A stretch of DNA of 32,000 nucleotides from Zygophlyctis sp. KS116 (Eukaryota; Fungi; Chytridiomycota): NCBI GenBank assembly GCA_054661495.1, contig BAAFSQ010000092.1, forward strand, positions 1 through 32,000. Reading direction: 5' to 3'. Positions 11,344 to 21,822 of this stretch are shown in pieces. Numbering within the stretch: the stretch's first letter is position 1; each line of letters begins with the position of its first letter. A program made the position numbers and the translations under genes. A model generated the notes under the pieces. The model saw nothing but the letters and a program-made list of their open reading frames with translations. It ran no database searches and was not told where the DNA came from.

Positions 11344-13695
11344 ATGAATACATTAGCAATTGAATTCATTCCGGATTCCATTAAATCTGTCTGGGATTAT
11401 GGATGCGAAATCGTTAAAGTCCAAATGCCTAACAGAGGAGAATTTCTGAATTCAATTGAACCGTTATCAATGCCATTGACTGATCATGACTCTAGCGATG
11501 ATTTAAATGCTTTGCCTTCATCGATCGATGATTATTCTAAATATTTGAAATTGATCTACTCTGAATTAGAAGCTCAAAAGTTGGTTTTCAACAATTATAC
11601 TTTATATAATGCTAGGCCTCTCAAGGTAGGAAAAAATGGATATTGGGAATTTATCTTGCCGGGATTAGCAGACGCTTCCCCAATGATTCGGGAAGGAGAT
11701 TGGGTATTTTTAAACAGTCTTAAATAATAGGCGATTATTAGAGTTTACCACATGGTAGGAAATCTAACTATTGTACAGTCTGAATATCAGACCAGAATTT
11801 TAGTCATTCTAAGAAAGGAAAATAGAATTATCATTCCAATGGAAACTAACAAATTCAAAAGTGGTGCATATTGTGCGTGCAAGTTTTTTCCTAGCGGTGT
11901 TCAATCACTATTGATGTCATCGAGCGTGGCTTATATTCATAGTCATCCGAAATTGTTTGGATCTATTCTCTTTCCAAAAAAGACTTTTAAACAAATCATT
12001 TACTCAAATTTAGAAAAAAAGGAAACTAATGGGGAAAATCTAAATGAATATCAAAAATCGTTTATAGATAGAGTTTTACAGCGAACGCAATTAGCTTTTG
12101 ATGGGCTTAAAAAAGATTCAGATTTGGATTTGCCAATGTTGCTAATCGGACCATTTGGAACTGGTAAAACTGTTACGTTTGCGAACACTTTAAAACGAAT
12201 CTGTGATCAATTTGAAAATAGTAAAATTCTAGCCATAGCGCCATCTCAGTCTGCTGCTGATACGATTGCTCTTAAATTACTATCGATCGGAATGGATCCC
12301 AAGAAAGTATTTCGTTTTAATAATCCATTACGAGATTTCTACAGTTTACCATGGGATTTAACGGCTGTTTCATGTGTTGTGGACGACTCATTTTCGATTC
12401 CTGATAATTTTCTAGAATTTTCAATTGTTGTTTGTACAACATACGAAGCAGACCTACTGGATTATTTTGGATTTAGCAATTCAAACATTGAAGAAAATCG
12501 TAAAACTGTTCTGGAAAATGTGGATAAACAGTTGAAGATAAATGGACTCCCCCCTTATAAATGTCAGAACTGGAGAGTTCATTGGACTCATTTAGGAGGT
12601 TGATACATATTTTACTAATCATTACAGTGGATGAAGCCGCTCAGGCAACTGAAACCTCTCTAGCCTCTGCTTTGAAAATTGTTGTTTCTGAACATTTTCA
12701 TTCCCAGATAATACTTGCAGGAGATCCACAGCAATTAGGTCCTCAATTGACTAGTATAAATGCCGCAAACTCTGGACTTGCTCTGTCACTGTTGGAACGG
12801 CTTTCAATGAATAGCTACTACAAGAACGCCAACTCACCAATACTAACTTTAAGGCAAAACTATAGGTCGCATCCTGCTCTTTTAATGATGCCATCGGCTT
12901 TGTTTTACTTTAAAGATTTGATTCCGACCAGGGGAGAACGAAACGCGCACGATTTTAGTTATTTTACTAGAGTTCCATCATATTCCGTTACCAGAATTAC
13001 CTCATATCGATAGCAAATGGCCATTTTTATTCTATCCAGTACGGGGAAAAGAGCAGCATGGATATTTAGAAAACCATTTAACAGCAGGATGGTGGAATGG
13101 GGTAGAAGCTTTGGTGATTTTGTTACTTGTTGAAAAAATGATTGCAAATTCCGGTCCTTCAATCAAAAGTGAAATTGGTATCATGACTATATCTAGAAGA
13201 CAGGTGGCACACATTCGAAATGTCTTGAGAGATGCTAATTTATCCGAAATAAATGTTGGAACAGTAGAAGACTATCAAGGGATGGAAAGAAAGTATATAT
13301 TTTTATCTACAGTCAGAGTTTCAGAATCTCATGTAGATCAAGATGTAGAACGAAACGTAGGTCTCGTTGAGCAACACAAAAGGCTAAATGTCGCATTATC
13401 TAGAGCACAGGATTTAATGATAATTGTCGGTTCACCAAAACACTTATTAAGAGATTCTAGATGGCGACAGATCCTATATTTCTGTGATAGAAATGGTCTC
13501 TGGATTAATCAAGCGGACAAGGAAGATGAAATTCATTCATACTCAAAAAGTGAAAATGTGACACTGAAACGAAATCTTTCTTCGGATTCGGTGATTGGAT
13601 CTAAACCAATTTCTGATTCTGACAAAATTATAGTATCAGATTTGGAGAATGGTCTCCGGACTCTGAAAATATGTGCGTCAAGTGGCGAGGTTTGA
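11344..13695 (+). CDS. MOV10: UPF1-like SF1 RNA helicase, MOV10/SDE3/Armitage type, 3 introns
   Basis: LPGLAD.SP.IREGD, Walker A GPFGTGKT, APSQSAAD, DEAAQ, AGDPQQLGP, NYRSHP, GTVEDYQGME and RLNVALSRA. Introns at 11704-11730, 12599-12627 and probably 12958-12994. Confidence 0.82.
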
Positions 13696-13711
13696 TTAAT
13701 CATCAAAAAAT

Positions 13712-14767
13712 ATGGAAATTCCAGAGATTGACGATTTTCACATTCATGTTAGACAAGGACCATTGATGGAGCTAGTAGTATCTCAGCTAAAAGGCGTCAG
13801 ACTCGTTTATGTGATGCCCAATACAAAACCTCCAATTACTTTGACAGCTCAGGCCTTAGAATATCGTTCACGGCTACAAAAAATAAATCCAAAAGTGACT
13901 TACGTAATGACTCTATACTTGAGCCCAGAACTTACTCCTGAAGAAATCCGCAAGGCATCGGCTGCTGGAATTACAGGCGTTAAATCATACCCAAGAGGAG
14001 TTACTACAAATAGCGACCAAGGAATAGAGGATTATAGAACTTACTATCCGGTTTTTGAAGCTATGCAGGACTGCGGAATGATTCTAAATCTACACGGTGA
14101 AATGCCTTCAACAGAAGGGTCGGATATATGTGTACTCAATGCTGAGGAACGATTTTTGGTTCATTTAAAGCAATTACATACTGATTTTCCAAAATTAAAA
14201 ATTGTATTGGAACATGCTACTACGAAAGCTGCTGTAGACATGGTTAAATCTCTTGGAGATACTGTTGGCTGCACTATAACACTTCATCATCTATCATTAA
14301 TAGTTGATGATTGGGCTGGACAATGTTTTAACTATTGTAAACCAGTTGCAAAATATCCAATTGATAGGGAAGCACTTCGTCAGGTCATTTTACAAGGTAT
14401 AATACTTTTCTTAAAAATCTTAGGACATCCCAGATTCTTTCTAGGAACGGACTCTGCTCCCCATTCTCGATCAGCCAAAGAATGCAGTAACAGTGCAGCA
14501 GGAGTCTATACTGGATCTATGATGGTTTCTTACTTGGCGACAATATTGGAGTCTTTTGGAGCTCTGGATAAATTAGTTGATTTCGCCTGTACTTTTGGAC
14601 GAAAGTTTTATGGTTTCCCTATAGATAATACACCATCTATAAGACTGCTAAGAAAAGGGACTATTGTCCCATCAGAGTATGAATATACTGATGAAAACAA
14701 CAAGCCATGTACTTTAGTGCCCTTTATGGCAGGAAAAGAACTAAATTGGTCTTTAGAAAAGTATTGA
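13712..14767 (+). CDS. URA4: Dihydroorotase (standalone, homodimeric type), 1 in-frame intron
   Basis: DFHIHVRQG, MPNTKPP, GVKSYPRGVTTNS, LEHATT, CKPVAK and FLGTDSAPH. The segment 14397-14423 is a 27-nt GT-AG intron that the ORF track reads through. Confidence 0.96.
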   Translation: MEIPEIDDFHIHVRQGPLMELVVSQLKGVRLVYVMPNTKPPITLTAQALEYRSRLQKINPKVTYVMTLYLSPELTPEEIRKASAAGITGVKSYPRGVTTNSDQGIEDYRTYYPVFEAMQDCGMILNLHGEMPSTEGSDICVLNAEERFLVHLKQLHTDFPKLKIVLEHATTKAAVDMVKSLGDTVGCTITLHHLSLIVDDWAGQCFNYCKPVAKYPIDREALRQVILQGIILFLKILGHPRFFLGTDSAPHSRSAKECSNSAAGVYTGSMMVSYLATILESFGALDKLVDFACTFGRKFYGFPIDNTPSIRLLRKGTIVPSEYEYTDENNKPCTLVPFMAGKELNWSLEKY

Positions 14768-14858
14768 AATCTTTACTAATAAATTCTATTAAAAGTCTTT
14801 CATCGGATCCCTTACTTATCGAGTCTTGGTTTAAATTCAAGAGTCTTGTGTAATAAAT

Positions 14859-15497
14859 TTATTCATCATATCGAATATAAGTATCCGCATCCAATTTCTT
14901 TGAGATGAATTTTCTTTCAGGATTTGATTTATAATAGTCTTGAATTAACTGATACTGCTTTAAAAAAAAGAATAACAATCCTTCATATTCTCCATCATAA
15001 GTTTTAGTCATATTCCTATAAAGCCAATAAATAGCTTCAATAGTTGCAAGATAAGATGAATCAAACCTTTGATATCTCCAAAACATTGTAGGAGTTTGAT
15101 TTATCTGTACATGTCTTTTAAACCTATTGGATATTTTAGATGCCATTGATTTAGCTTGACTCCATGTACCATCAATCACTATAATCTGATCAAAACTATT
15201 AAATTCAATTTCTTGAATTTCTTTTGCATCGTTTGAAGGAAATAATAATAAAGTCCTTGAAGGATCACAGTCTTCTAATTGTAATGATTTAGATTCAATC
15301 AAGAGAGAGTCATTAGGACAAAGAATTGGAGCATGCAGTGCAGTTGACTTTGATCTCTTTTCCTTTGGATCTTTAAAGATTACAAGTTTCTTTGGTAATC
15401 GAATTCCTTTAGGTGCATCAGGATGAGTGGGCAAAAGACATAATGAACAATATAGCCAGCATGCTTTTCCACATGAAGCACAAGGATCCTTTTGCAT
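14859..15497 (-). CDS. DTWD1: DTW-domain tRNA-uridine aminocarboxypropyltransferase (DTWD1-like)
   Basis: N-terminal CxxC...YCxxC, SKSTALHA, LLFPS, IDGTWSQA and FWRYQ...LATIEAIY. Start codon uncertain. Confidence 0.88.
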   Translation of the reverse strand: MQKDPCASCGKACWLYCSLCLLPTHPDAPKGIRLPKKLVIFKDPKEKRSKSTALHAPILCPNDSLLIESKSLQLEDCDPSRTLLLFPSNDAKEIQEIEFNSFDQIIVIDGTWSQAKSMASKISNRFKRHVQINQTPTMFWRYQRFDSSYLATIEAIYWLYRNMTKTYDGEYEGLLFFFLKQYQLIQDYYKSNPERKFISKKLDADTYIRYDE

Positions 15498-15824
15498 TGA
15501 TTTGATCTTTTAATAAATTTTACTATAGCCTCTGCATCCGATATTTACATATTTACATTGGCATATTTAATTCTACTAACCGATGTAATATTGGTTGTAT
15601 TGCTAATGCTACAATTGGATTATTCTTGTATTATGGCGTATAATTCGGTATAATTCGTAGTTTTTGTGCATGAGTAGTGCATCTAGAAAGCATCAGTAAT
15701 GAATCAGTCAAATAACAATCATGCATGCAGTCTACTAGTAATGCATGCATTGAATTTAATCGTCAGTTCATGAAACGGCTTAAACTGCCAATAGTTTGAA
15801 GGAGTAGGAAGTTTCAAGTTTAGA

Positions 15825-16904
15825 ATGACAATGGATATGATTAGACTATGGGAACCATTTGTAGTCAACTGTCCTTTTATGGCAAATGGAAATGATGAAT
15901 GCAATTGGGATCCTTGTCTGTTGGATCATATCGATCCCTTACTAGATCATTTTTCAAAGGCTCATAGTGTCATAATAAAAGATCCGCTTAGAATTATACC
16001 GTTTGCTCAGGAATATATTTTGGAATTATCAATGTTAAATGGATCATTGGATTATAAAACAGATTTAGAGATTAGATCAAACTTGATTCAAGGGAAATTA
16101 CTACAAGTCTGTAAAACTCAACAGGAAGAACGGTTGCAAGAGTTTGATAGAAAATGTTTATTCTGCAAAGAAGAGATTAATAATCGGCTTTGCTATTTTC
16201 AACATTTAAAGAATGATCATGGTTTTAATACCGGACATCCAGATAATTTAGTCTATATTTCAAAGTTTTTGGACACTTGTCAAGGACTATTAGACAAGAA
16301 TCAATGCATTTATTGTAAAAAGGAATTTCCAGAGTCTTCTCTACTTCGAAAGCATATGAGGAAAAAGAAGCATTTTAAGATTAATTCAGATGATGATAAT
16401 TTTGACAGATTTTATGTTATCAATTACAAGGATACTTACAAGGATAAAGAAGATTTAGGAGATGATAATCAAGAGGATGAAGAAGGTTATTCGGATTGGG
16501 AAGAAGAATGTGATAGAGTTACAATGTGTTTATTTGATGGTAATTTTAGTTTTTTTTTCAATTAATACTTAGATCAAGTATTTTCAACTTCAGAATTGGC
16601 TATGCAACATATGCGTAAATGTCACAAGTTTGATTTAAATGCTTTAAAAAAGGACAATGAATGGGATTTTTACGATTGTGTTCGGTTAATCAATTATATT
16701 AGACGTAAAACTTCTTATCTAACTTGCTTAAACTGTGATTATAAAGCTGAATCTTTTTCAGACTTGGAAAAACATTTTACTCAATCTATGCATGATTCTG
16801 ATATTCCTGAAAAGTCTCTTTGGAATGACTCTATATATCTTTTTCCTACATATGAATCTGATCCACTACTTATGCATCCTGATTTAATGGAATTTAATAT
16901 GTAA
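15825..16904 (+). CDS. ZNF277: ZNF277-like C2H2 zinc-finger protein, 1 intron
   Basis: QQEER...RKCLFC, HGFNTGHPDNLVY, CIYCKKEF..LRKHMRKKKH, DRFYVINY, FYDCVRLINYIR and YLFPTYESDPLL. Intron 16540-16572. Confidence 0.9.
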
Positions 16905-16955
16905 ACTTCAAATCAATAAATTAAATGCAACATATTTCTAGTATTCCTAGTAGTT

Positions 16956-17643
16956 CTATGAGTAATCGAGAAACGATTTCTCCAAAATATATAAAATATC
17001 AGTCACACAGAGAGAATCAATCAGTCTTTGACTTGAGTCAGTAACATAAATCACTCTAAATTGATTTTGAACGAATTCATGAATCACTTGATCTAAATTG
17101 CACATTAAAGAACAAATTGGAATTTTATGATTCCCTTGTTCTTTAAGTAAATCATTGACGGTTTTTTTGAGAATATTGGGCTCTTTGAGTTGTAAATCAG
17201 TTAAATCAATGCAACCGCGCACCTTGCAATCATCATCCAAAACTGGTATATTTCTTTGTGAATACATGTACATCTTTTCAAATCCATAAAAACATGATTG
17301 ATTTAAATTTATAGAGACTGGAAAATTTAGATCAGCATCCAGCTTTTTCTCTAATATTTCAGACATTTGCAGTGAAATAATCGGACATTTTGCCCGCATA
17401 AATCGTAACAAATCCATCTGTGATACTAATCTTTCTCGATCATCATGAATTACTAAAACATAATCAATTAAACAAGTCATTATAATCAAGACTTTAAGTA
17501 GAGCATCATTTCCTGAAAGAATAAAACACTTTGATTTCTTGATTGGTTGCACTGATTGTCCGATATCAATTTTATGTATAGAATTAAAATAATTCCATAT
17601 ATCTAATCTATTCGTAATTGAGGATTTTAAGCTACTTATTCAT
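16956..17643 (-). CDS. Divergent CBS-domain protein, 1 intron
   Basis: CBS-like IPVLDDDCKVRGCIDLTDL and IYVTDSSQRLIDSLCVTDIL. ATG at 17643 plus the 28-nt intron 17608-17635 joins in frame. Confidence 0.7.
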
Positions 17644-17824
17644 AGTTTCTAATCGCTGCCTTCCGGTCACTACAATAGTTTTAACGTTATAGAGTTGCAT
17701 TTGCTGTAATGCCTAATTATGATTTAGATCTAATCGTACTTTTTCAATCGTATTATCCTCATTAATTGAAACTAGTTGTCTTTTACCTATAAATTCTAAT
17801 AGCTCCTTGATCTTTATTGAATTC

Positions 17825-18586
17825 ATGTCAAGAAAGCTTCCGATAACTGGGACAGCAACTTACGTAAAAATGACTTCAAACAAGATCATATCTGGTATTG
17901 TACTAAAAAAGAGAAAAGAAGAAGAATCTAATCCATGGTCTTCTGTGGGTTATCTTACTGTTAAATCGACACTTGCTGTTGTTAATCTACTCATCTTTAT
18001 CTTTGGAATAGCACTAATTATTATTGGTATTAATGCTACTAAAATATTCAAATTTGGAGCTCCTAGCGGTTTATCAGTTGCGATCATGCTATGCGGAATC
18101 TTTATATGTGTTGTTGGCGCTGTGGGAATCTATGGCGTTTTGTCCGAAAAGGGAATGTATCTAAAGAGTTATATCATTCTCATTTCTCTTGCGATTATAA
18201 TACAGCTCATTCTTACAACAATGCTAATGACTCAAGCTCCTGTTATTAATGCATTCTTTGAAAATCTTTTTAATTCTTCAATTGGTACTGATCTAGACAA
18301 GGTTGAATATATTCAAGATGCATTGGAATGCTGTGGATATTCTAATATAAGATCGGCTTGTAAATATTCCCAGCCATGTGGTCCAAAAATTACAGAAGTA
18401 TTTACAAAGTTGGCAATTCCGATTGGAATAGTAACCGGAATAGAAGCGGCTCTCGTAATGATCTGCTTACTATATATATCTTGTTTAGTCAGGAAACAGG
18501 CGATATCTAATAAAGAGATAAATCAGGCATGGAATCAAAATAATGAATCTATTCAAAAGGATTATGCAAAGTTTGATTATGCTTAA
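17825..18586 (+). CDS. Tetraspanin (intronless copy)
   Basis: Four TM helices, G.YG..SE..YL..Y after TM2, and a large loop with ECCG plus two more Cys. Confidence 0.88.
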   Translation: MSRKLPITGTATYVKMTSNKIISGIVLKKRKEEESNPWSSVGYLTVKSTLAVVNLLIFIFGIALIIIGINATKIFKFGAPSGLSVAIMLCGIFICVVGAVGIYGVLSEKGMYLKSYIILISLAIIIQLILTTMLMTQAPVINAFFENLFNSSIGTDLDKVEYIQDALECCGYSNIRSACKYSQPCGPKITEVFTKLAIPIGIVTGIEAALVMICLLYISCLVRKQAISNKEINQAWNQNNESIQKDYAKFDYA

Positions 18587-18634
18587 TAAAGAGTATTTTA
18601 AGAGTTTGTTTACGTCATCAGAGTTTGTAAACAT

Positions 18635-19533
18635 ATGCCACCATTTATTGAGAGCATTGGGACATTTTCATTTAACAAGGAAACATTTTGGTCTGCAGGA
18701 GGTATATTAATTATATTTCAGCTGATACAATAGGTTTTATGATTGTAAAGAATCTGCTCTTGTTTATAAACTTTCTATCATTGGTAACATTAGGATGTTT
18801 AATGATAGATTGCTGGTATTGTCCTGATAAGCGGTGGAAGTGTTATAACATCTAGTTCATCATCGGATATTCTAAATCTTTCGGGATCTATCGGGGTTTC
18901 TGCAATTGTGATTGGACTTATTATTACGATTGTGTCATTTTTGGGTTGTTTTGGTGCTGCAAATGAAAAAGGACTCATGTTGAAAACTTACTTTGGTCTA
19001 TTGATTTTATTAGTAATCTTGGAAATAAGTGTTGGTATTGCCGCATATGTTAAAATGGATGATGTATTATAATTTAGATTTCTAAACTCGTAGTTGGATA
19101 CATTATTAGGTAATGCCTGGAGAAATTCTTATGCTCAAAATACTACTAGCTCACTTGCCACTTTAAGATCTATTGAAAGATCGCTAAATTGCTGTGGATA
19201 TAATAGCACGTTGGATTATTCAGTTCCGATTATTGAAAAGTCAAATGTTACATGTGTTGAATCATTAGGAACAACAGTTTCTTGTCATGATACATTATTT
19301 GACAAATTCAATGATTCTTTAAGTACTGTTGGTGCTGCTGGGATTACTATCGGACTTTTAGAATTAATTGGCTTGTTTTTTTCAGTTATTCTATTTAGAA
19401 GAATCGCTGCTAAAGAAAACATACATTCTTCTCTATTAAATGAATCCTGGAGAATAAATCGTAATAAGATTCAATATGGGTAAGTATTTGTATTTTGATG
19501 AATATTAGATTTCAACGATATCAGTACGTCTAG
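18635..19533 (+). CDS. Tetraspanin (4-intron copy)
   Basis: SFLGCFGAANEKGLMLKTYF, NCCG and four TM helices. Introns at 18702-18733, 18784-18808, 19064-19093 and 19480-19508; ends YGFQRYQYV*. Confidence 0.9.
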
Positions 19534-19550
19534 TCTGCATTTTTAAAAGA

Positions 19551-20090
19551 TCAATAGAATTCATCATTGCATTCATCATATTCCCCAATCATTTTAATAT
19601 CAAATCTTAGTGAATTTGCTACTTCCAAAAGACTAAGAGATCGTGAAATGTCCTGTACCACAACTTGTCCGATTAAATCTCTTAATTCTAGAATCAGTAG
19701 CCGAGATTTTTCTCTCCATTTTCCAATCAATTCCTTTAAATTTTCATCTTTCCCTGCATTAATCTTTGAATATACCAAGAGCTGATTATATTTTTCTTGT
19801 AATTTAGAGACTTGGAGAGTATTAGACACATTTTTCAGAATTGGAGATCTAAATTTACCTATAGATTTCTTTTCAGGTTTAGATGTGGCTCTGAATTTAT
19901 TAAATGTCTGAGAAGCAGATTTAATCGGACAAGTTCTCAAGTAAAAATACGCTTTTTCATTTATTACTTTTGTACAAATCAATTTCTTTCTAAATAAAGA
20001 ATCAATAACCGGTACAGGAGGAGAATTCTCCCCAAGAGAAATTGGCTCAGAAAAGACAATTTTTAAACAAGATTCTAAAAGAGAAATCAT
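19551..20090 (-). CDS. SFR1: Sfr1/Mei5-like recombination mediator (Swi5 partner)
   Basis: KFRSPI, LKELIGKWREKS..LILEL and terminal SL.EV..SL.FD.KMIG.YD...DEF match the Sfr1/Mei5 C-terminal pattern. Confidence 0.72.
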   Translation of the reverse strand: MISLLESCLKIVFSEPISLGENSPPVPVIDSLFRKKLICTKVINEKAYFYLRTCPIKSASQTFNKFRATSKPEKKSIGKFRSPILKNVSNTLQVSKLQEKYNQLLVYSKINAGKDENLKELIGKWREKSRLLILELRDLIGQVVVQDISRSLSLLEVANSLRFDIKMIGEYDECNDEFY

Positions 20091-20093
20091 TTT

Positions 20094-20933
20094 TCAAAGA
20101 GAAAACCCTAAATGAGCATTTTTGACCCCAGTCCCAAAGTAAACTGAACCAAATCTGTTCAATCTGGGTACATGATAAAATACATGTCCTGGCCAACTTA
20201 AATTCTTTAAAATAACAATAGATCCTCCATTCTCTCCTTGAATAGACCAAGAACCTTTGGGTAAATCTTTAGAAATAGGTTCAAGTATATCTACAGATTC
20301 ATCAAAAGTATTAATATTTGCTTCAATTGTTTCCGTATCCACTACAAATCCATCCCTAAAGTGTAAATATGAATCCAAATTTAGTAATGAATCTGATTTA
20401 ATCCCATTAAACTCGGGATTAATAGATAAAGCAGATGTTTTTGATTTATAATACGCCCCTCTTGGAACAATTTCAGATTCATGATTGATCAGAGCCACAA
20501 CTCTTGATAAGCGTTTATCTTCTTTTATAATTCTTTCCTAGAAATATTAAGAGTTTTAAAATACATTTTGGGTAGTGTCTGAGCCATCTGCATTTTTTAA
20601 AACTGTATATTCATAGGCCGGATCACCCATAAATCTTGCTTGGATTTGATCAATTCTAAATTTATCATCTGATGAGACTTCAGGTAATTGAAACCAGTTA
20701 ATCATATCTAGACTATAAAAATATTTTCTTTCAAAGAAATTTGCGCCTGTTGATTGGGCGATATAATAATCTCGTTGTATTGCCAAGATCTTGCCCCATA
20801 GGAAAATATTTGATAATTTTTCTTCGGCCTTTTTAGCAGCGATTGATGAATTTAAGACGGTTTTTTCTTCAACATTTAAAGTAAATCCAGCAAGAGAAAA
20901 GTAATTTATATCTTCCAGGCTAGCAAATGACAT
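20094..20933 (-). CDS. RSPH9: Flagellar radial spoke head protein 9, 1 intron
   Basis: FLWGKILAIQRDYYIAQ, RFMGDPAYEY, KEDKRL, IVPRGAY, DLPKGSWS, LSWPG and YFGTGVKN. Intron 20538-20564. Confidence 0.93.
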
Positions 20934-20980
20934 TTTGATGACTGCGACGCGTTTATTTTCTTTCAGTCGGAGATTTTGCA

Positions 20981-21820
20981 ATGAAAATATCCTTGCGGCC
21001 ACTCAACGACTCTAATGAAATTCCTAGAATTCTAATAGATCCAAAAACTCCCATAGCAGTATGTAGAGCCAAAACTCCGAATCAATGTCTTGAAAATAAT
21101 CTCTTTCTACTTCCAAAAGTCATTTCTAGAAAACATGCCATTATCTATGAGAAAGAGTTTACAGTTTACTTACAAGACACAAAAAGTTCTGGGGGTATCA
21201 TTATAAAATCTAAATTAAGGAACATGGGTAAATGGTAATCGACTATCACCATCAGGAATAGAATCCAATCCACAAATAATTGTAGATGATGATATAATAC
21301 AGTTTGGGGAAGATACAGATTATGATGGCAGTAAGTCTTTAAGCATTTATAAAAAGGTTTGATAAAGGCAGTTTGCTTTAGGATAAATATAACTGAATGC
21401 AAGCCAGAGCCGTCAATAGGAAAACCCGACATAGTACTCCAAAATAAATTAGAATCTCAAGATCACTCAAGTCAATCTATTGAAATAAGAGAAAAGATAA
21501 AGATTATCAACCCACTACCAAATGTAGATTTAGCGACTTCTCCAATTGTTAAAAATACAAAAATACTCACAAATTCCTCAATTCTACAATCGTCATCTTT
21601 GGGGAATACAGCAATCCATGATCAGAATTCTCAAAAAGAAACGAGTCATCTTGGAATTCGAAACCAATCAATGAAAATCCACAAAGTTTTAGAGCTACCT
21701 CTATTACCTCAACTACCGAATCATATTCAAGAAGAGTTAAATACTTTATGGACACCATTGGAAGTGATTGCATCACCATTTAAAGAGGCTGAATTACTAC
21801 TATCGTCAAATAAATCGTAA
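20981..21820 (+). CDS. FHA-domain protein (Vps64/Far10/SLMAP-like N-terminus), 2 introns
   Basis: KVISRKHA, spliced LQDTKSSGGTWVNG.RLS and DDIIQFGED. Introns 21195-21219 and 21331-21356. Confidence 0.8.
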
Positions 21821-21822
21821 TA

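Noticed and set aside
15507-15523. Possible 17-nt intron extending DTWD1 upstream (ISDAEAI-IKSMQ)
   Set aside because: The upstream frame has a TAA with no usable ATG, so no consistent model could be built; ATG 15497 was kept.
20075-20106. 32-nt GT-AG segment that might splice RSPH9 to SFR1
   Set aside because: Splicing enters a different frame that stops at 20047, and the unspliced RSPH9 C-terminus already matches the family.
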